57,072 nt of DNA. Source: Candidatus Omnitrophota bacterium (GTDB lineage: Bacteria > Omnitrophota > Gorgyraeia > Zapsychrales > Fredricksoniimonadaceae). Position 1 is the stretch's first letter. Each line of letters begins with the position of its first letter. The stretch covers positions 1-57,072 of the forward strand of contig JACQCF010000022.1 in assembly GCA_016201795.1 (NCBI GenBank), given 5' to 3'. A program made the translations under genes and the position numbers. The notes beneath the pieces were generated by a model. It worked only from the letters and a program-made list of their open reading frames with translations. It was not told the DNA's origin and ran no database searches. Of this stretch, positions 48,616 through 57,072 are shown piece after piece.

Positions 48616-50234
48616 AAAGCGTGTCAAATAAATCATGTGTCATTGCGAACGCAGTGAAGCAATCTTTTAAAAGATCGCCACGTCCCCTTCGGGGACTCGC
48701 GATGACGCTTATTTTTTGTCTGTTTTTCTTAAGTGGTCTTTCGTTTGGTTTTGCCCAACAGAAACCGCAGCCGATACCCATTCAGGAAGGCCTCACTCAG
48801 CGCATCGCTTTGGATTTGCGCGACATGGATATTATCGACGCGTTAAAATTTTTGGCTATGAAGGCCGGGATTAATATCATCGCCGCCAAAGACGTGTCCG
48901 GGCGGGTGTCGCTTTTCTTAAAAGGGGTGACCACACAGGATGCCCTGACCATCATCCTTCAGGCCAACAGCCTGGCCTATGAAATCCGCCGGGATGTGCT
49001 TTACGTGATGACCGAGAAAGAATACAAAGCGATTCATGGCAGTAATTTCAGCGACACGCGCAAAGTGAAGATTTTAAATTTAAAATATGCCAAACCCGAA
49101 GCGGTGTTTAAGGCGGTGGATACGCTCAAAAGCGACATCGGCAAAGTGATGGTGGATGAAGAATCCGGCGCCGTGATTTTAATGGACACCCCCGAGAGAA
49201 TAAGCGAAATGGAAAAAGCCGTTGCTGATTTAGACCAGGTAACCCTGACCAAGACATTTATTCTGCAGTACGCCAAGGCCAAAGACCTGGAACCTATTCT
49301 GGCCAAAAGGCTGGATGCCAAGAAAACCGGAACCGTGGCGGTGGATGAGCGCAGCGACCAGTTAATCGTGACCGCGTTCCCCGACCGCATGCAGGAAATC
49401 GAAGATCTCATCAGAAGCATGGACAAAAAGACCAAACAGGTCTTGATCGAAGCCCGCATTCTCAAGGTTATCCTCAATGATAATTTCAGCATGGGAGTGG
49501 ATTGGAACAGGGTCTGGACCGAAGCCAAGCTCAAAGGCCTGAATTTTACGGGAGTTTTCCCGCTGGCACCTGCGCCCACCAATTTTCTTAGAATCGGCGC
49601 GGGCAATGACGCGGCCACCGGCTTCAATTACTCTGCTGTTGTCCAGATACTGAAAGAATTCGGCGAGACACACAACCTTTCCTCGCCGAGCATTGCGGTT
49701 ATCAACGGCCAGGAGGCCAAGATGCTGGTGGGTACCACCCAGCCCTACGTGACGACCACGGTCGCCGCCGGCACCGTAACCGCCACCACCGCCGCCCAGG
49801 TGTCTTTTGTGGATGTGGGTGTGCAGTTGACCTTGACGCCGTTTATCAATAATGACGGTTATGTGACCATAAAAATCAAGCCGGAGATTTCCACTGTTGA
49901 CCAACCTTTTACCTATTCACTCGCCCCAGGGGTAAACAACACGGTTCCTATAGTGTCGAAAACCACGGCGGAGACGACCGTCATGATTAAAGACGGCAGG
50001 ACCGTTATTATCGGCGGTTTAAGAAAAGATGACAAAGTAAAGACGGTCAATAAAGTACCTGTGTTGGGAGATATTCCTTTTTTGGGCGTGGCGTTTAGAA
50101 ATACGGTCAATACCATGGAAAAAACGGAAGTGGTGGTTTTTATCACGCCGCATATCATCAGCGGTGGTGATGACAGTGGTGCAACGGTCGATGCGAGTCA
50201 GCTTAAGCCTAGAGGCATGAGATCCTATGAGTAA
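48612..50234 (+). CDS. Secretin (GspD/PilQ family)
   Basis: N0-like domain, two Secretin_N repeats, QVLIEARI, P......GQEA, DVGVQL.LTP, GGL, KVP.LGDIP.LG..F. Confidence 0.92.
   Translation: MKSVSNKSCVIANAVKQSFKRSPRPLRGLAMTLIFCLFFLSGLSFGFAQQKPQPIPIQEGLTQRIALDLRDMDIIDALKFLAMKAGINIIAAKDVSGRVSLFLKGVTTQDALTIILQANSLAYEIRRDVLYVMTEKEYKAIHGSNFSDTRKVKILNLKYAKPEAVFKAVDTLKSDIGKVMVDEESGAVILMDTPERISEMEKAVADLDQVTLTKTFILQYAKAKDLEPILAKRLDAKKTGTVAVDERSDQLIVTAFPDRMQEIEDLIRSMDKKTKQVLIEARILKVILNDNFSMGVDWNRVWTEAKLKGLNFTGVFPLAPAPTNFLRIGAGNDAATGFNYSAVVQILKEFGETHNLSSPSIAVINGQEAKMLVGTTQPYVTTTVAAGTVTATTAAQVSFVDVGVQLTLTPFINNDGYVTIKIKPEISTVDQPFTYSLAPGVNNTVPIVSKTTAETTVMIKDGRTVIIGGLRKDDKVKTVNKVPVLGDIPFLGVAFRNTVNTMEKTEVVVFITPHIISGGDDSGATVDASQLKPRGMRSYE
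48638..48706. repeat. Palindromic MITE/RPE-like element, copy 3, inside the secretin 5' end
   Basis: tgtcattgcga...gaagcaatc...gatcgccac...tcgcgatgac; read as VIANAVKQSFKRSPRPLRGLAMT. Confidence 0.85.
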
Positions 50235-50808
50235 GTTCTCCTTATGTCATTGCGAGCGATCCCGCCAAGGCGGGAGAGCGAAGCAATCTTTTAGACCTGA
50301 AAAGATTGCTTCGTCGTCGCTGAAAAACACTCCTTCTCGCAATGACACCAAACTATTATTTTTTTTAGTATTTTTTGTTGGCTGGGCAGCACTGGGGGCA
50401 GGCGCGGCTTTGGCCCAAGATGAGCAAAATTCTGATGACAAGTCTGAAATAGTTTCCTGTCAACTGCTGACGACCGAAAACGCCCAGTTAAAAGACACCA
50501 TTAACCAGCTTGGCCGCGAGCGCAACGGCCTGCAAAGCAGACTCAAAGAGCTTGCCGACACGCACTATAATCTGGGCGTCATTTTACAGGAGCAGTATAA
50601 GTTTGATGAAGCCCAGAAAGAGTATGAGAAAGTGCTGGAACTGCGCCCGGATGACGCGGATGCGCATTACAATCTGGCTTTGATTTTCGATACGGCCAAA
50701 AATGACCGGAACATGGCCCTGTACCACTATGAAAAATACCTGGAAATAAACCCGCGGGCCGCTGAAGCCCAGGGGGTAAGACAGTCTATCGCAAGGCTGA
50801 GCAAGTAG
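50227..50808 (+). CDS. Secreted coiled-coil / TPR protein
   Basis: Hydrophobic signal region, HYNLG......A...Y..VLEL.P.DA.AHYNLA TPR repeats. Confidence 0.85.
   Translation: MSKFSLCHCERSRQGGRAKQSFRPEKIASSSLKNTPSRNDTKLLFFLVFFVGWAALGAGAALAQDEQNSDDKSEIVSCQLLTTENAQLKDTINQLGRERNGLQSRLKELADTHYNLGVILQEQYKFDEAQKEYEKVLELRPDDADAHYNLALIFDTAKNDRNMALYHYEKYLEINPRAAEAQGVRQSIARLSK
50245..50347. repeat. Palindromic MITE/RPE-like element, copy 4, inside the TPR gene 5' end, with a nested 16-bp palindrome
   Basis: tgtcattgcga...tcgcaatgaca; nested tcccgccaaggcggga flanked by gagcga direct repeats; read as CHCERSRQGGRAKQS...SRND. Confidence 0.88.
50743..50800 (+). repeat. 58-bp direct repeat, copy 1 (3' end of the TPR gene)
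   Basis: 57/58 identical to 51266-51323. Confidence 0.92.
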
Positions 50809-50809
50809 A

Positions 50810-51052
50810 ATGGAAAAATATAAGTATACAGCTTATTTTGAAAATGAAGTTTTACGAAAAAGGCCGTATTTAAAAAAAGAATGGTGTGTTCTGGTTATTG
50901 AAAACCCTATTCGTATTGAAAGGCAGGATAATAACCGATATCGTTTTTGGGGCAAAGTTGAAGGGAGCGCAGATCGATTTCTTCGTGTTGTGACTCTTGA
51001 TGATAAAGTAACAATTCACAATGCTTTTTTAGACAGGGGGTTTAAACCATGA
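50810..51052 (+). CDS. Small putative toxin (BrnT/RelE-like fold) paired with DUF2283
   Basis: 80 aa, R.FWG....LRVV.L.D..TIHNAF.DR motif; ATGA overlap with the DUF2283 gene. Confidence 0.6.
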   Translation: MEKYKYTAYFENEVLRKRPYLKKEWCVLVIENPIRIERQDNNRYRFWGKVEGSADRFLRVVTLDDKVTIHNAFLDRGFKP

Positions 51053-51267
51053 AAATAAATTATTATTCAGATACAGATTCAATTTACATTGACCTTTCTT
51101 CCCGTCCAAGCGTTGAAACCCGAGAAATATCTTCAGGGGTAAACTTGGATTATGATAGCAATGGGGAAATAGTGGGGATTGATATTGACAATGCTAGCCG
51201 TAAAATGGATCTGAAGGATTTGTTTTTAAGCCACATCCCCGCGCAGGTGCATATTTTATCTGCATGA
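51049..51267 (+). CDS. DUF2283-family protein, putative antitoxin
   Basis: MKI.Y..DTDS.YI.LS.....ETREI..GV.LDYD..G..VGIDI..AS. Confidence 0.85.
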   Translation: MKINYYSDTDSIYIDLSSRPSVETREISSGVNLDYDSNGEIVGIDIDNASRKMDLKDLFLSHIPAQVHILSA

Positions 51268-51323
51268 AATAAACCCGCGGGCCGCTGAAGCCCAGGGGGT
51301 AAGACAGTCTATCGCAAGACTGA
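51266..51323 (+). repeat. 58-bp direct repeat, copy 2
   Basis: 57/58 identical to 50743-50800. Confidence 0.92.
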
Positions 51324-51353
51324 CTGGCTTTGGCGCTCAGAAATGAGGCAAGT

Positions 51354-52403
51354 GTGAATTCGTTTATACGAGACAGTATTGACTTGCCGCTTGGCACGGT
51401 ATGGTTAATGAATGCTATTTCAGAATACAAGGGCAAACAGGATCTATATGCGCGGCAATCACCACAGATTTTAAAAAATTTGCTAGAAATCGCCCTTATA
51501 GAAAGCGTAGAATCATCTAACCGTATTGAAGGTGTTACGGTCGATAAGGATCGTCTGAAACCTTTGATCATTGGCAATACCAAGCCGCGTGATCGTTCTG
51601 AGGAGGAAGTGGCCGGCTATCGTAAAGCTCTCGATTGGATTCACAAGAAGTATGAAAGCTTGCGGATCACACCTGATACTATTAAACAGCTTCATCGGTT
51701 TTGCCGCGGAGAATCTTGGGACGCGGGCAAGTTCAAAGAAAAAGACAATGATATTATCCGTAAACATCCAGACGGCCGCGTTGAAGTCGTTTTTAAACCG
51801 GTCAGCGCGCAAAAAACTCCAGAGATGATCGAACAGTTATGTTTGACATATGAAAACGGTTTGGCTCAGTTAAAATATCCGCCTCTTTATGCGGTTGCCT
51901 GTCTGGTTCTTGATTTTTTAAGCATTCACCCCTTTAGGGATGGTAACGGCAGGGTATCACGCCTGTTGACGTTGCTTGCTTTGTACCAACAGGGCTTTGT
52001 GGTTGGCAAATATATCAGTCTTGAGCGAATTATTGAACAGTCAAAGGAAAGCTACTATGAAACACTCAATAAAAGTTCTCAAAGATGGCATGAAGCCGAA
52101 CATAATGGGATGGCGTGGTTTAATTATTTTTTAGGGACAGTTTTGAGTGCATATAAAGAATTTGAAGAACGCGCTGGCAACCTTAAGCCAACCCGGGGCA
52201 TAAAAACGGAAATTGTGGAGTCGGCGATTAATAGACAATTTAGTGAATTTAGTATGTCCGACATTGAAAAAGAATGCCCGAATGTAAGCCGTCCTATGAT
52301 CCGTGTGGTACTGGAGGATTTAAGGGCCAAAGGGAAAGTAGAGGTTTTAGGCATTGGCCGCAGTGCCCGCTGGCGTAAACGTGATAATAGCCGTAAAACG
52401 TGA
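51354..52403 (+). CDS. Fic-domain protein with N-terminal inhibitory motif and C-terminal winged helix
   Basis: HPFRDGNGRVSR, SSNRIEG; probable GTG start 51354 after GAGG (track starts at TTG 51330). Confidence 0.92.
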   Translation: MNSFIRDSIDLPLGTVWLMNAISEYKGKQDLYARQSPQILKNLLEIALIESVESSNRIEGVTVDKDRLKPLIIGNTKPRDRSEEEVAGYRKALDWIHKKYESLRITPDTIKQLHRFCRGESWDAGKFKEKDNDIIRKHPDGRVEVVFKPVSAQKTPEMIEQLCLTYENGLAQLKYPPLYAVACLVLDFLSIHPFRDGNGRVSRLLTLLALYQQGFVVGKYISLERIIEQSKESYYETLNKSSQRWHEAEHNGMAWFNYFLGTVLSAYKEFEERAGNLKPTRGIKTEIVESAINRQFSEFSMSDIEKECPNVSRPMIRVVLEDLRAKGKVEVLGIGRSARWRKRDNSRKT

Positions 52404-52420
52404 TAATAAACGTGATAATA
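52377..52420 (+). repeat. Three copies of AAACGTGATAATA across the Fic stop codon
   Basis: Copies at 52377, 52396 and 52408. Confidence 0.8.
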
Positions 52421-52648
52421 GCAGCGTTTTACTTAGGGTACTTTATATGTCCAGGCGAAATTAATACCATTGACTCATAATTAGATATTACCCGTTAGGC
52501 TGGGAAGATTGAAGAACTACAAGAACTGGCAAAACCGTGAAAAACGTGTATACTCATTAATGAAGCCTCCGCTATACCATAATATAGACCCAGGCGGGAG
52601 TGTGAGGCTGACAACCGGCAGTTTAAAAGGCAAGGGGATTTAAATTAT

Positions 52649-54421
52649 ATGTCCATTATACCCACGCCTCAAGTCTTCAGGACGTTCGTTCTGGCGCTAG
52701 CCCTAGTTGCGGGCCTCTCTGTTCCGGCGCTGGCCAATAATATCTCTGTTAGCAATATTAGTCTTTTCCAGGATCCCACTACACATACTGTAGCGGTTCA
52801 ATTTAATATTTCCTGGGAAAATTCCTGGCGAGACGCTACTAATTACGATGCGGCATGGGTGTTTCTTAAATATTATAATTACATGGCTAAAACATGGAAC
52901 CATGCCACCCTTAAATGCACAGGCTCCACTGATTCGTCAGCCAGTAATTCTAATTCTTCTCTTACCTCTAGTTCATGCGGTTTTTCACCAGGGACAGGGA
53001 CGGTTATAGATATTAATATTCCCTCGGATAATAACGGGGTGGGGGCATTTTTGCAGAGGCACTCTGCATCTACAGGAGGAACCCTTTCGACCACAAAAGT
53101 GAAGCTGGTTTGGGATTATGGCCATGATTTATTAGTTGGAGACCCCGATACATATGCAGCTAACGCTAACATACAAGTGATGGCCATTGAAATGGTTTAT
53201 ATACCTGCAGGCGATTTTAAATTGGGTTCTGGCGCTGCTAGTGGAAGTTCTAATACCGCTTCCACTACCACTAATCCTACGGAGGATAGATCGTTTTACG
53301 ATACTGTCGCTTCCGCTTCCATTTCCCCCTCCGTTTCCACTACTCCTTATTCAGTGACCTCAAGCACTGCCGCAGATAGCTTAGTCTTTACTAGCCCAAA
53401 CAATTTTTTTAGTAGTAAGCTAAATGCTGGTGGTCCAATAGCATCAGGAACATCGGCAGCTAATGGCACCCTGGTTCAAGGATTTCCAATAGGATATAAA
53501 GCTTTTTACATGATGAAATATGAAATCACCCAAGGACAATACAAAGATTTTCTCAATACATTGACCAGAACCCAGCAGGCATCCAGGGTGGCTTGTGTGG
53601 GGGACAATCAATTTTCTATGACTTTACAAGCCTGTAGCACCACTACACCATCAAACAGAAACGGTATCCGTACCACAGATCCAAATGGTTCTCCGAACCC
53701 ATATGTTTTTATTTGTGACTTGCATACTGATGGGGATAATACCAAAAATGGCCGGTGGATTGCGGCTAATTTTTTAAGTTGGTTAGATCTTGAATCCTAT
53801 ACGTCCTGGGCTGGCTTAAGACCCATGAGTGAATTTGAATATGAAAAGGCAGCTAGAGGCCCTAGTACTCCAGTTAAACTTGAGTACGCTTGGGGTACAA
53901 TACAGATTGTTCAGGCTACTTTGAATGCCGGTCTAGCTGGGACTAAAGACGAAATATCAGATGCGGCTGGAACGTCGCTGGTGGGGGTGAGTAACTACGA
54001 CACTACCGTAAATGGTCCCATGCGTTCAGGTTTCGCTGCTGTTGGTTCTAGGGTTCCTTCAGGAGGGTCCTATTGGGGAGTTATGGATCTTTCCGGTAAT
54101 GTCGCGGAAAGAGTTGTGCCAGTTCAACAGGGAGGCATCAACCCTGGTTTCGGACGAGGTTTTAAAGATGTGAATGGAAACGGGGCATTTATATCAAGCG
54201 ATTCAGAAGCGATGACGTATTTCTGGCCAGCGACAAACAACATCGCTAGTAACGGCTGGCGGGGTGGTGCTTGGGATGGAAACCCACAAGTTACTTCAGA
54301 CACCGCCACTACCTATAATTATTTTTTGCGGACTTCATCTCGTACAGGGGTAAGCAACGCTAGTGATATGTCTCCTCGAGCGGCAGGTTATGGCGGTCGC
54401 GCTGTGAGAACTGCTCCATAA
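52649..54421 (+). CDS. Secreted FGE/SUMF1-fold (CLec-like) protein
   Basis: Signal peptide; MVYIP.G.F.LG, FYMMKYEITQGQY..FLN, LRPMSE.EYEKAARG, G..DLSGNV.E, RGG.W. Confidence 0.85.
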   Translation: MSIIPTPQVFRTFVLALALVAGLSVPALANNISVSNISLFQDPTTHTVAVQFNISWENSWRDATNYDAAWVFLKYYNYMAKTWNHATLKCTGSTDSSASNSNSSLTSSSCGFSPGTGTVIDINIPSDNNGVGAFLQRHSASTGGTLSTTKVKLVWDYGHDLLVGDPDTYAANANIQVMAIEMVYIPAGDFKLGSGAASGSSNTASTTTNPTEDRSFYDTVASASISPSVSTTPYSVTSSTAADSLVFTSPNNFFSSKLNAGGPIASGTSAANGTLVQGFPIGYKAFYMMKYEITQGQYKDFLNTLTRTQQASRVACVGDNQFSMTLQACSTTTPSNRNGIRTTDPNGSPNPYVFICDLHTDGDNTKNGRWIAANFLSWLDLESYTSWAGLRPMSEFEYEKAARGPSTPVKLEYAWGTIQIVQATLNAGLAGTKDEISDAAGTSLVGVSNYDTTVNGPMRSGFAAVGSRVPSGGSYWGVMDLSGNVAERVVPVQQGGINPGFGRGFKDVNGNGAFISSDSEAMTYFWPATNNIASNGWRGGAWDGNPQVTSDTATTYNYFLRTSSRTGVSNASDMSPRAAGYGGRAVRTAP

Positions 54422-54432
54422 TAGGTGAGGGT

Positions 54433-57072
54433 ATGTATAAAAAAACGTCAATTTTAATACTAGGGTTTAGCCTGATGTGCTGTGTGCAGGCATGGGCGGC
54501 AATTTTTGGTGGCGGCAGCGGCAGCGGCTGGGATGGAGACAATGGATCTATTCAGAGCTCAACGCCTCCCAATAAGCTTGCTTTTACTACTTTTCCCAGC
54601 GGAACTTTATATCCGGGAACTCAATTTAACATAACAACAACTGTAGAAGACATCAATGGAAGCGCCAATTCCAGCACGCAGGCTTATAATTTACCTATAG
54701 CCTTAAGCGCTACTGATAGCGGTGCAGTTACTATTTTTGATACAAATAACCTTTCTTTACCTGCTGACACAAGTACCTCAAGTGCGTCTGTCACATACAG
54801 CAATGGGGCTGTAAATTACACTAATATTTATATTGAGAAACAGGGGAGTTTTACATTGTCTGCTACAGAGACCTCTGGCAATCACTATCTTGCTTCGGCA
54901 ACACAACTGAATTTTACTATACAAAATCCAATTGCAATTACTCCTCCTCCTGCTGGGTTTTTCGTGTCAGGGATCAATGATCCAACCCAAGGAATTACCT
55001 GGTCTGACTGCAGAAACGATGCCAGTACGTGTCCTAATACGATGCCTTGCGGTGTGGGTGGTTCAACTTGTTCTGTCCAAGCACATCCTTATACCTATGT
55101 TGTTTCTTCCCAGGGTTCTTCTAATAATGTGAATGCAGCAGGCGTTACCGGAGGGACACCGTTCTATGCGTGGGCACCGCCCTATGCAGCAAGTACCTAT
55201 AACATAACACTTAAAGTAGCTGATACAGGCTCTGGAGATCAGAGCACTTATCAAGCGACATCGAATTCTATTCCCGTATATACGCCGTCGCTTAACATTT
55301 CTGATCCAAGCCCAACCACTTTTAATGCCGGCTCAACCTTCAGCCTTAACGTTACTGTCAAGTATAATAATGGCAGCAATCCGCTTCCTACAGCAACAGG
55401 GGCGCAAGACAGCATTACCTTGCAATTATGTGACTCTAAAGGCCAAAACTGCGGCAGCACGAGTTTTTCTGGGCCAACAACACCAATAGCAATGAACGCT
55501 TCGGCAGGAGTGGCCTCATTTACCGGTTTGTCTATTACTAACCCAGGTTCTTTTAAGATATGTGCCGCAGACGGCAATACCAGTATTGCCGCCGCTTGTA
55601 CTTCTCCACTAACAGTGATTTCGCATTTTTCAAACGTGTCAGTGCCAAGCACTATTTATGTAGGGGATTCTGCGACCATTACTTGGAAAAGCGATGCAAC
55701 GGTGTCTGGTACAAAGTTGAAACTTTTTACGAATGGAACCCTTATTAATTCCCCCATCGCAACAGGCATAACCTCTACGTCTTCCTCCACCTATTCATGG
55801 ACGGCGACAGATAATATTGCTTCCACGGCCTATATACAGGTTTGTCAATCAGATGATACACAGTGCGTCCAGTCAAACACTTTTAAAATTCTTCCTAAGA
55901 TAACCATGTCATCACCTACAAGCAGTACATCGTGGGTTGCTCTTGATCCGGCTCAAAACATTACCTGGACATATACGGGAACCGTTAATAGCTGGCAATT
56001 GGCGTATGCAACATCGACAAACGGGGGAAACACCTGGAGTGTATTCACCACATTTACTCCTTCGGCATCACCGACGTGCTCTTCTAACAGTTGTACTTTG
56101 AACTGGTCGAATGTTCCAGATATTATTCATGCCGTATTTTCGGGCAATGAACAGAAATATAATAATATTAAAGTCAAGATCCAAATCGCTGATGGTCAGC
56201 ACACATCATTTAACCCATTGGTCTCCCAAGCTTCCAGTGGTTTTATTGTCAAATACTATCCTATCACATGGAAGGTTTTGGATCCCACAGGTTCTGGCAT
56301 TACTTCTGGATTGGGGGTTTTAGAATCTCCAGGAAGTTGGATTGTTGACCCCGAAATTCCTAACAATGGTTTGAGTTCAGGATTTGTTCGTTATTATCCA
56401 TATTCTTTAGGGTATCAAACAACGTGGAGAACCACAACTTCAAGTCAATATAATGGAAACACATATCCTACCAGCGGCACTTGGAATGCGGATTCTGATA
56501 ATAAGACAAACACGGTAACCTTATATCCCAAATCTGCTACCTTTATTCCTTATTCTAATTTTACTTACGATTCTTCAGCCAACAATAATAGCGGGGCAGC
56601 TACGATTAATTGCTGGCTTCAGAGTTCAACGGGGTTGAACAAGGTAACGGATTATATTGCAGGAGATGCATGTACGGTAACAATTAAAAATGCTATTAAT
56701 TCAAGTAGCGATCAGATTCTTACGTCCAGTAGTCCTAACAGTGATGGCGTATTTACAATCAATTGGGATTTAAGTAACGTTAATAAAAACTCCACTTACT
56801 ATGCCCTAACTAGAATTACTCACAATAGTACTTCCTTTTATAGCAATACAAGCTATGACCTGGCTGGCCCTAGTATATTGAATTCCGTCCAGGGGGTTGC
56901 AGGCGTCAACTGGACCCAAGTGGGAAATCTCGGCAGCGCCGTTGATCAAATAAACACTAAAGTCGCTACCATCTCCGATCAAGCATCTGCCAACCAAAAT
57001 CAGACGATAGGGGCTCTTAATACTGTTGATACTCATGTACAGACCGTTGGTTCAAACGTTGATTCTCTGACC
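54433..57072 (+). CDS. Large secreted Ser/Thr-rich beta-sandwich protein, partial (880 codons open to the window end)
   Basis: Hand translation from ATG 54433 (MYKKTSILILGFSLMCCVQAWA...) finds no stop to 57072; absent from the track for that reason; GGTGAGG RBS. Confidence 0.88.
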   Translation, partial: MYKKTSILILGFSLMCCVQAWAAIFGGGSGSGWDGDNGSIQSSTPPNKLAFTTFPSGTLYPGTQFNITTTVEDINGSANSSTQAYNLPIALSATDSGAVTIFDTNNLSLPADTSTSSASVTYSNGAVNYTNIYIEKQGSFTLSATETSGNHYLASATQLNFTIQNPIAITPPPAGFFVSGINDPTQGITWSDCRNDASTCPNTMPCGVGGSTCSVQAHPYTYVVSSQGSSNNVNAAGVTGGTPFYAWAPPYAASTYNITLKVADTGSGDQSTYQATSNSIPVYTPSLNISDPSPTTFNAGSTFSLNVTVKYNNGSNPLPTATGAQDSITLQLCDSKGQNCGSTSFSGPTTPIAMNASAGVASFTGLSITNPGSFKICAADGNTSIAAACTSPLTVISHFSNVSVPSTIYVGDSATITWKSDATVSGTKLKLFTNGTLINSPIATGITSTSSSTYSWTATDNIASTAYIQVCQSDDTQCVQSNTFKILPKITMSSPTSSTSWVALDPAQNITWTYTGTVNSWQLAYATSTNGGNTWSVFTTFTPSASPTCSSNSCTLNWSNVPDIIHAVFSGNEQKYNNIKVKIQIADGQHTSFNPLVSQASSGFIVKYYPITWKVLDPTGSGITSGLGVLESPGSWIVDPEIPNNGLSSGFVRYYPYSLGYQTTWRTTTSSQYNGNTYPTSGTWNADSDNKTNTVTLYPKSATFIPYSNFTYDSSANNNSGAATINCWLQSSTGLNKVTDYIAGDACTVTIKNAINSSSDQILTSSSPNSDGVFTINWDLSNVNKNSTYYALTRITHNSTSFYSNTSYDLAGPSILNSVQGVAGVNWTQVGNLGSAVDQINTKVATISDQASANQNQTIGALNTVDTHVQTVGSNVDSLT

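Noticed and set aside
52528-52575. Partial resemblance to a c-di-GMP-I riboswitch (GGCAAAACC..GAAA, AAGCCTCCG)
   Set aside because: The conserved GG-GACGCAAAGC junction is missing and spacing does not fit; an Infernal search would settle it
52649-54421. FGE/CLec protein as a diversity-generating retroelement target
   Set aside because: No reverse transcriptase and no template-repeat copy of its 3' end in the window; cannot be excluded genome-wide
80-57036. Numerous short overlapping ORFs and upstream-extended starts in the track (e.g. 1343, 8360, 23240, 33147, 37972, 38213)
   Set aside because: They overlap well-supported genes in other frames or add non-homologous N-terminal sequence ahead of a better start codon
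1-57072. CRISPR array, transposase, integrase or prophage genes
   Set aside because: Repeats are dispersed or tandem without unique spacers, and no such protein motifs were recognised

Overview
A 57-kb window of a diderm bacterium (it encodes a secretin and an Omp85-type barrel). Gene style, tandem PilZ proteins, a very large secreted protein and the repeat families suggest Candidatus Omnitrophota/PVC, but that placement is inference only. Bases 1-47000 are mostly housekeeping genes on the + strand: glmS, rsmI, a PyrR-attenuated pyr cluster, three tRNAs, mutM, pabB/pabC, era, nth, rpsU, purH, folC, mnmE, ychF, prfB and secA. After 47000 come an ExeA/GspC-like/secretin/TPR module and an AT-richer accessory tract (small toxin-antitoxin-like pair, Fic protein, FGE/SUMF1-fold protein, and an 880+ aa Ser/Thr-rich secreted protein running off the window end). 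The most unusual observations are: (1) an M1 metallopeptidase fused to an Omp85-family beta-barrel; (2) ultra-short palindromes, several flanked by 6-7 bp direct repeats, sitting in frame inside coding genes; (3) a longer palindromic element translated within the signal-peptide regions of two adjacent secretion genes; (4) a 523-bp TA-like cassette bounded by a duplicated gene 3' end; (5) a tRNA-binding/YkgJ/DUF2156 unit and an ATP-grasp/KamA pair of unknown output; (6) a highly divergent bL27. No CRISPR array, integrase or transposase is visible. All product calls come from motif recognition by eye; no database searches were run.
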